Positions 16,223 through 20,000 of a stretch of DNA of 20,000 bases are shown piece after piece (the stretch's first letter is position 1; every line of letters starts with the position of its first letter). Both the position numbers and the translations under genes were made by a program. The notes beneath the pieces were generated by a model. The model saw only the letters and a list, made by a program, of their open reading frames with translations, was not told the origin of the DNA and made no database searches. The stretch is from the IMG/VR virus record IMGVR_UViG_3300048589_000479; one strand, written 5' to 3'. Source of the stretch: an uncultured virus (IMG/VR IMGVR_UViG_3300048589_000479). Its lineage: Duplodnaviria; Heunggongvirae; Uroviricota; Caudoviricetes.

Positions 16223-16246
16223 ATCATGAAGAAGCAGCCGGACGCA
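16223..16246 (-). promoter_or_regulatory. Conserved promoter motif copy TGCGTCCG-GCTGCTTCTT-CATGAT (leaderless)
   Basis: 7 nt to ATG 16215; directly after hairpin 16250-16287. Confidence 0.85.
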
Positions 16247-16249
16247 GAA

Positions 16250-16287
16250 GAACGCGGGGAGCAACCCGAAGGTCACTCCCGTTGTTC
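16250..16287 (-). terminator. Terminal hairpin with cUUCGg loop
   Basis: - strand GGGAGTGACC-TTCG-GGTTGCTCCC flanked by GAAC/GTTC and followed by TT. Confidence 0.65.
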
Positions 16288-16469
16288 CCGGCCGTCACAC
16301 GATCTTCGGCTATCGCCCGGCGCCGTGTCAGTAGAAACCGTCTCGCTCGCAAAGTGTCGGACGTGGCTGGCCTGCGTGTGCGTCGTACACGGCTACGCTG
16401 CCGTCGTCACACGTTTCCCGCTGCTATTCCGGCTCCGGTCATGGCCTCGGCTGGATTCGGTACGTCCAC
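16250..16469 (-). ncRNA. Candidate structured ncRNA B (~220 nt)
   Basis: Own promoter motif (16475-16498), terminal hairpin, nested stems GGACGT/ACGTCC, CGTGTG/CACACG and ACGGC/GCCGT; only a 20-codon ORF at its start. Confidence 0.5.
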
Positions 16470-16474
16470 GAAGA

Positions 16475-16498
16475 AGCGTAGCATGGCCGCCGGACGCA
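16475..16498 (-). promoter_or_regulatory. Conserved promoter motif copy TGCGTCCG-GCGGCCATGC-TACGCT
   Basis: Exact 8-mer, N10, TANNNT; follows terminator 16512-16537. Confidence 0.8.
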
Positions 16499-16511
16499 CC
16501 CGGATACACGA

Positions 16512-16537
16512 ACGCCCCCGCTCGGAAGCGGGGGCGT
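16512..16537 (-). terminator. Intrinsic terminator
   Basis: Perfect 11-bp stem ACGCCCCCGCT-TCCG-AGCGGGGGCGT followed by TCGTGTAT on the - strand. Confidence 0.8.
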
Positions 16538-16540
16538 CGC

Positions 16541-16796
16541 TGGTAGATCCACCGGGGCTCTCACCCGGCAAGCCCATTTAGGTCCACGAACCCGGACGAA
16601 CCGGGAGCGACCATCTTTGGGTGGCGCCAGTGTCCGAGCCCTTTGTGCCAGTCGCCCGATCAGGTTCATCTGGAGCCGCTTCGATCCCGAGCATTCTCCA
16701 CTGCCAACCCGGAGCTCTAGTCCCGGTCCCGCGATACTCGAAAGTTGCGCGGTGCAGTTTCGGGAGGAGCCCTGCGGCGGCGCCTCCGATCAACAA
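16541..16796 (-). ncRNA. Candidate structured ncRNA A (~255 nt) ending in T-loop arm + ACCA
   Basis: Own promoter motif (16802-16825), terminator 3 nt after ...GGATCTACCA, at least 7 stems visible by eye, and atypical codons in the overlapping frame. Confidence 0.6.
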
Positions 16797-16801
16797 GGGG
16801 A

Positions 16802-16825
16802 ACGATACACAGGTCGCCGGACGCA
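16802..16825 (-). promoter_or_regulatory. Conserved promoter motif copy TGCGTCCG-GCGACCTGTG-TATCGT
   Basis: Exact 8-mer, N10, TANNNT; back-to-back with 16847-16870. Confidence 0.8.
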
Positions 16826-16846
16826 AGTCAAGCACGAGTTTCGCAG

Positions 16847-16870
16847 TGCGTCCGACTTCACTGTGAAGAT
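16847..16870 (+). promoter_or_regulatory. Conserved promoter motif copy TGCGTCCG-ACTTCACTGT-GAAGAT (leaderless, sigma gene)
   Basis: The only + strand copy with a valid -10; 7 nt before the in-frame GTG 16878 of the only + strand gene. Confidence 0.8.
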
Positions 16871-16877
16871 CCTGGAA

Positions 16878-17627
16878 GTGAAGCCGTTTGAGACACGCCG
16901 AGCAATCGAGGAGTCCATGCGATCGGGCGCCGCCCGCATCCTGGACGACTCCCGCGTGCTGTCCGACGATCCCCGCGAGCACTCCGAGCTCCTGACACGC
17001 TTCGCGGTCCAGGCCAACGCCGGCAACGAAGCCGCGATGAACATCGTGGTGAACTGCATGAGCCGCCTGGTCTTCCGGCTGTCGGAGACGTACTTCTGGA
17101 AGTGGAGCACGCACCTGCCTGCCCACGCCTCGTTCGACAACGTGTTCAATGCCGGCCTGGAGGGGCTCGTGATCGGCACCGGCAAGTTCGACCCGGAGCG
17201 CGGCACGGTGCTCACCACGAGCGCGACGCACTGGATCCGCACGAAGGTCCAGCGCGAGATCTACGCGCAGTGCGGCGCCGCGCGCATCCCGGAGCACGTT
17301 CTGCAGGGCGGGCTCGACCCCGGCTCTCCGCTCGTCGCGAGCTCGACGTCCAGCCTGGACTTCCGCTATGAAGAAGACGGGCCGAGCCTCGGCGACACGA
17401 TCCCGGCCGAAGACGAGACGCTCGAAGAGGCCGGGCAGCGCGCAGCCCTCGAGAAGATCGTCGCGCTGCTGCGCACCCTGGACGACAAGATGCCGAAGGT
17501 CGCCGAGTACCTGGAGCGCGGCTACGCGGATCGAGAGATCGCACGGCTGACAGGGCTCACGTCGAAGCGCGTTGCCGAGCTACGCGGGCAGGCCGAGCAG
17601 CTTCTTCGCTCGCACGGCTACGGCTGA
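16878..17627 (+). CDS. Phage-encoded sigma-70-family factor (249 aa)
   Basis: Region 1.2/2.1 ANAGNEAAMNIVVNCMSRLVFRLS; region 2.2-2.4 AGLEGLVIGTGKFDPERGTVLTTSATHWIR; SSLD...SLGDTI; region 4 GYADREIARLTGLTSKRVAEL. Start reassigned to GTG 16878. Confidence 0.9.
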   Translation: MKPFETRRAIEESMRSGAARILDDSRVLSDDPREHSELLTRFAVQANAGNEAAMNIVVNCMSRLVFRLSETYFWKWSTHLPAHASFDNVFNAGLEGLVIGTGKFDPERGTVLTTSATHWIRTKVQREIYAQCGAARIPEHVLQGGLDPGSPLVASSTSSLDFRYEEDGPSLGDTIPAEDETLEEAGQRAALEKIVALLRTLDDKMPKVAEYLERGYADREIARLTGLTSKRVAELRGQAEQLLRSHGYG

Positions 17628-18172
17628 CTCGGTTCGTCCAGGTCTGCGAGGTCGGCGTCGAGCTCGCCGTTGTCCACCATCGACTGACCCAGCGCGAGCG
17701 CGGTGACGCTCTGCTCCCAGGCGCCCATCGCGTGAAACGCCACGAAGAGGGCGTTGTTGACGTAGAAGGTCTGCTCGAAGCCGCACTCCACGCACGCCTG
17801 GTTGATCTCGGCGTACACCGCGCCCTCGTTGATCGACCAGTCGCCGAAGCCGAAGCCTCCCGCGAGCGACTGACACTGCGAGCAGCGCCGGATGTCCTCG
17901 CCCTTCTGGAGCACCACGTCGAGCGACTCGTAGAACGACGGCGCCGGACGGGTCGACGTCCACGCCGGAGAGTCGGCCACGTCCGGAGCGTCCGGCAGCG
18001 ACTCGAACTGGACGGCGCCACCCTCGATCGGGCCGCCGTCGGAGAAGATCCCCGGCCCATCGTCTCGTCGCAGCAGCAAGCGCACGCTCGGGCCGAGCAC
18101 TCGCCATGCGAGGCCACCCAGGACGTACAGCAGCACTGCCGCAACGAGGACGATGGAGCCGGCGTCGCTCAC
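17618..18172 (-). CDS. Membrane-anchored Zn-ribbon protein (184 aa)
   Basis: GTG 18172 (GTGA overlap); N-terminal TM IVLVAAVLLYVLGGLAW; CSQC...CVECG. Confidence 0.7.
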   Translation of the reverse strand: MSDAGSIVLVAAVLLYVLGGLAWRVLGPSVRLLLRRDDGPGIFSDGGPIEGGAVQFESLPDAPDVADSPAWTSTRPAPSFYESLDVVLQKGEDIRRCSQCQSLAGGFGFGDWSINEGAVYAEINQACVECGFEQTFYVNNALFVAFHAMGAWEQSVTALALGQSMVDNGELDADLADLDEPSQP

Positions 18173-20000
18173 GGCTGCGGGACGCCGATCGGAGCGGGAG
18201 CCGGCACGCCCTGCGCGACCGGCTGCTGCGCCAGGTCGTAGGCGGGCGCCACCGGCACCTGCTGGACCTGCTGCGGCGTGACGTGGTGCACGGGAGCGAC
18301 GGCCTGCGCGGGCGGCACCGACTGCGCAGCGGGGACCGGCGTCGGGATGTGCTGCGCCTGCTGGACCTGCGGGACGGTCGTGCCGAAGGGCGGTGCACCG
18401 GCGGCCTGGAGCTCGCCGAGCTCTGCCATATCGGTGATGAACCACTCCGGGTGAGCGATCCGGCACATCAGGTGGATGCGCTGCGCCTTGACGTGCGCCA
18501 GGTGCGCGGCTCGCGCGTCCTCGACGGTCGCCGCGTGCTGTGCGCGCCAGAGCGCTTCCAGGTGGTTCTTCCACTGCGCCAGCGCGCGCTCGCGGCCGAG
18601 CCCGGAGATCTTCTGCCAGTTCGGGTCGTCCATCGGCGGGAAGTCGGCGACAGGAATCGGCTCGCCCAGCTTGCCTTCCGGGTCGTCCACGGCTGCCGCC
18701 TGGTAGTGGCCTCGCAGCGCTTCGAGCTCGTTGTGCGAGTCGCGCCGGATCGTCTCGTGGATCGAGACGTTCGTGCGGCACTTCTCCGCGTCGCCGACGG
18801 CATACATGCCGACCGACCATAGGAAACGGGTGTCTGCTCCCATGTTGTCCTCCGTTGTGTAGGGCAGGTCGCGATGACCCACGCCGGTTGTGTACGCCGC
18901 GAGCATCTTGTCGCGGCCTTGCTCGAACACATAGCGCGCCGCTTCGCGGTACCCCATTGCGTCGATCTCTTCCTTCATGCTCGCCGGGATGACCCAGCCG
19001 TGCGTTGAAATAGCGAGGAGCATTCCCATGCTGTGCTTCTCCGTCCAGAGGTAGTCGCGGGAGTCTAGCGGAGCGGCCAGTCCATGCGGGTCAGGGTTGT
19101 GCGGCGGTGGCAGCGTCGGGTCTTCGTCCGGCTCGTCGGTGTCAGTCGTCGCCGGGGGAAGAAGCCAGAGCGTGCCGCGCGGCCGCGAACCGTCGCTCAT
19201 GCGGAACTGATGGCCCTGCTTGCACACGCCCTCCGCGCAGGACTGCTCGATGATCTGCATCGTGACGCCGTAGCGAGCGTTGAGCATTTCCATGCCGGCA
19301 CGCAGAAGAACAACGCGGCGCGTGCCGTCGGAGAGCGAGTCGAGCGTGCGTCCGAGGTAGCCCTGCAGAGGGTGCGGCGCGTCGTAGATCTCGGTACCCA
19401 GCGCGCGGTCGAAGCGATGCGGGTGCGACGCCAGCATCTCCTCGACGCTCGACACGGCGCCGCTGACGCCCGTGAGCTCGGAGTCCTTCGTCGCACCGCC
19501 CGCGCCTGCGCCGGCCTCCATGTACGGCGCCAGCAGGTCGAGCGCTCGCGCCACCGCACCGTCGAAGTCGGCACCGACTGACACCTGCGCCAGCAGGCCG
19601 AAGCCGAGCGCGATCATGGCGAGCGACTCGCGCTGCGTCAGCGTCACGTCCCGGCTCTGCGGCATTGCAGCTATGCGGCTGCGCACTCCCTGCCACAGCC
19701 CGTGGAGCTCGCGGGCGGCCACGACCTCGCGGATGCGTGCGACCAGGAGCTCGCCGGGCGCGCCGCCCACGCTGGCCGACAGGTCGTTCACCTGCTCCGC
19801 ATATGGCTGGCCCAGGCTGCGCTCGCTCATGGGGCGCGCCTCGATCGTGGAGATACGTCGGCGCTGGCCGGCTGTCACGATCGCCTTCGAGCTCTCCGAG
19901 CTCATGTTGACCTCGGCCGAGAAGATCGCGCTCGACCGGAACGCGCGCGTCTGGCGAATGCCACCCTCGCGGGTCGCGCGCTCGATCGGCTTGCGGTTGA
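18169..20000 (-). CDS. C-terminal part of a DUF927-like primase/helicase (5' end outside window)
   Basis: The frame stays open upstream of ATG 19905: NRKPIERATREGGIRQTRAFRSSAIFSAE...TAGQRRR, resembling the RA.R.G..R....WR....STGE...AGQ..R motifs of DUF927/Cch-like ATPases. Confidence 0.6.
   Translation of the reverse strand, partial: NRKPIERATREGGIRQTRAFRSSAIFSAEVNMSSESSKAIVTAGQRRRISTIEARPMSERSLGQPYAEQVNDLSASVGGAPGELLVARIREVVAARELHGLWQGVRSRIAAMPQSRDVTLTQRESLAMIALGFGLLAQVSVGADFDGAVARALDLLAPYMEAGAGAGGATKDSELTGVSGAVSSVEEMLASHPHRFDRALGTEIYDAPHPLQGYLGRTLDSLSDGTRRVVLLRAGMEMLNARYGVTMQIIEQSCAEGVCKQGHQFRMSDGSRPRGTLWLLPPATTDTDEPDEDPTLPPPHNPDPHGLAAPLDSRDYLWTEKHSMGMLLAISTHGWVIPASMKEEIDAMGYREAARYVFEQGRDKMLAAYTTGVGHRDLPYTTEDNMGADTRFLWSVGMYAVGDAEKCRTNVSIHETIRRDSHNELEALRGHYQAAAVDDPEGKLGEPIPVADFPPMDDPNWQKISGLGRERALAQWKNHLEALWRAQHAATVEDARAAHLAHVKAQRIHLMCRIAHPEWFITDMAELGELQAAGAPPFGTTVPQVQQAQHIPTPVPAAQSVPPAQAVAPVHHVTPQQVQQVPVAPAYDLAQQPVAQGVPAPAPIGVPQP

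Noticed and set aside
5729..16246. ATCATGAAGAAG...CGGACGC repeats as CRISPR repeats, att sites or IS ends
   Set aside because: Dispersed rather than regularly spaced, oriented with transcription, at a fixed distance from start codons; no cas, integrase or transposase gene in the window.
384..16581. Long + strand ORFs (e.g. 384..1820, 12746..13999, 14902..16581)
   Set aside because: Antisense shadows of motif-supported - strand genes in high-GC DNA; no recognisable motifs.
16357..16598. CGTCCG within both candidate RNAs as a promoter mimic or guide
   Set aside because: A GC-rich hexamer is expected by chance in this composition, and neither copy has a correctly spaced -10.
16541..16620. Canonical tRNA or tmRNA gene
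   Set aside because: T-arm-like hairpin and ACCA are present, but there is no TTC loop, no D or anticodon arm, and the best acceptor partner (GGGTTCG) needs four G-U pairs.
16578..16795. ~72-codon - strand ORF (LLIGGAAAGLLPKLHR...) as the product of promoter 16802-16825
   Set aside because: TTG start and many codons rare in this phage (AGA, ACT, GCT, TAT, AAA); the dense stems fit an RNA better. Not formally excluded.
16617..16877. N-terminal 87 codons of the 336-aa sigma ORF
   Set aside because: Overlaps both divergent promoters and candidate RNA A; sigma similarity starts after GTG 16878, which has a leaderless promoter.
19347..19370. TGCGTCCG on the + strand as a ninth promoter
   Set aside because: Inside a coding region, antisense, and the N10-spaced hexamer GCAGAG fails NANNNT. 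Other coding GCGTCCG hits I noticed (e.g. near 141, 5407, 16136, 17988) also fail.

Overview
High-GC tailed-phage (or prophage) DNA, most likely from an actinobacterial host (inferred from GC content, NANNNT -10 boxes and leaderless starts). All genes but one are on the - strand. In transcription order (right to left): the C-terminal part of a DUF927-like primase/helicase, a membrane Zn-ribbon protein, a lone + strand sigma-70-family gene, a ~550 bp region with no convincing ORF, small genes, an SNF2-type helicase, a tightly coupled accessory operon (MarR, ParB-like DGQHR, SpoT/MESH1-like HD protein), a putative SSB, an AlpA-like HTH, a second region-2-only sigma-like gene, terminase small and large subunits, a small Zn-binding gene and the start of a probable portal. 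The most notable signal is regulatory. Eight copies of (T/A)GCGTCCG-N10-NANNNT lie at gene or unit starts, four of them 5-7 nt before a start codon. This spacing matches PafBC-type '-26/-10' promoters rather than -35/-10. One back-to-back pair points at the sigma gene on one side and, on the other, at the first of two tandem hairpin-terminated, highly base-paired units (~255 and ~220 nt) that look like ncRNAs. The first ends in a T-loop arm plus ACCA. Family names come from motif recall, not database searches, and folds were read by eye.
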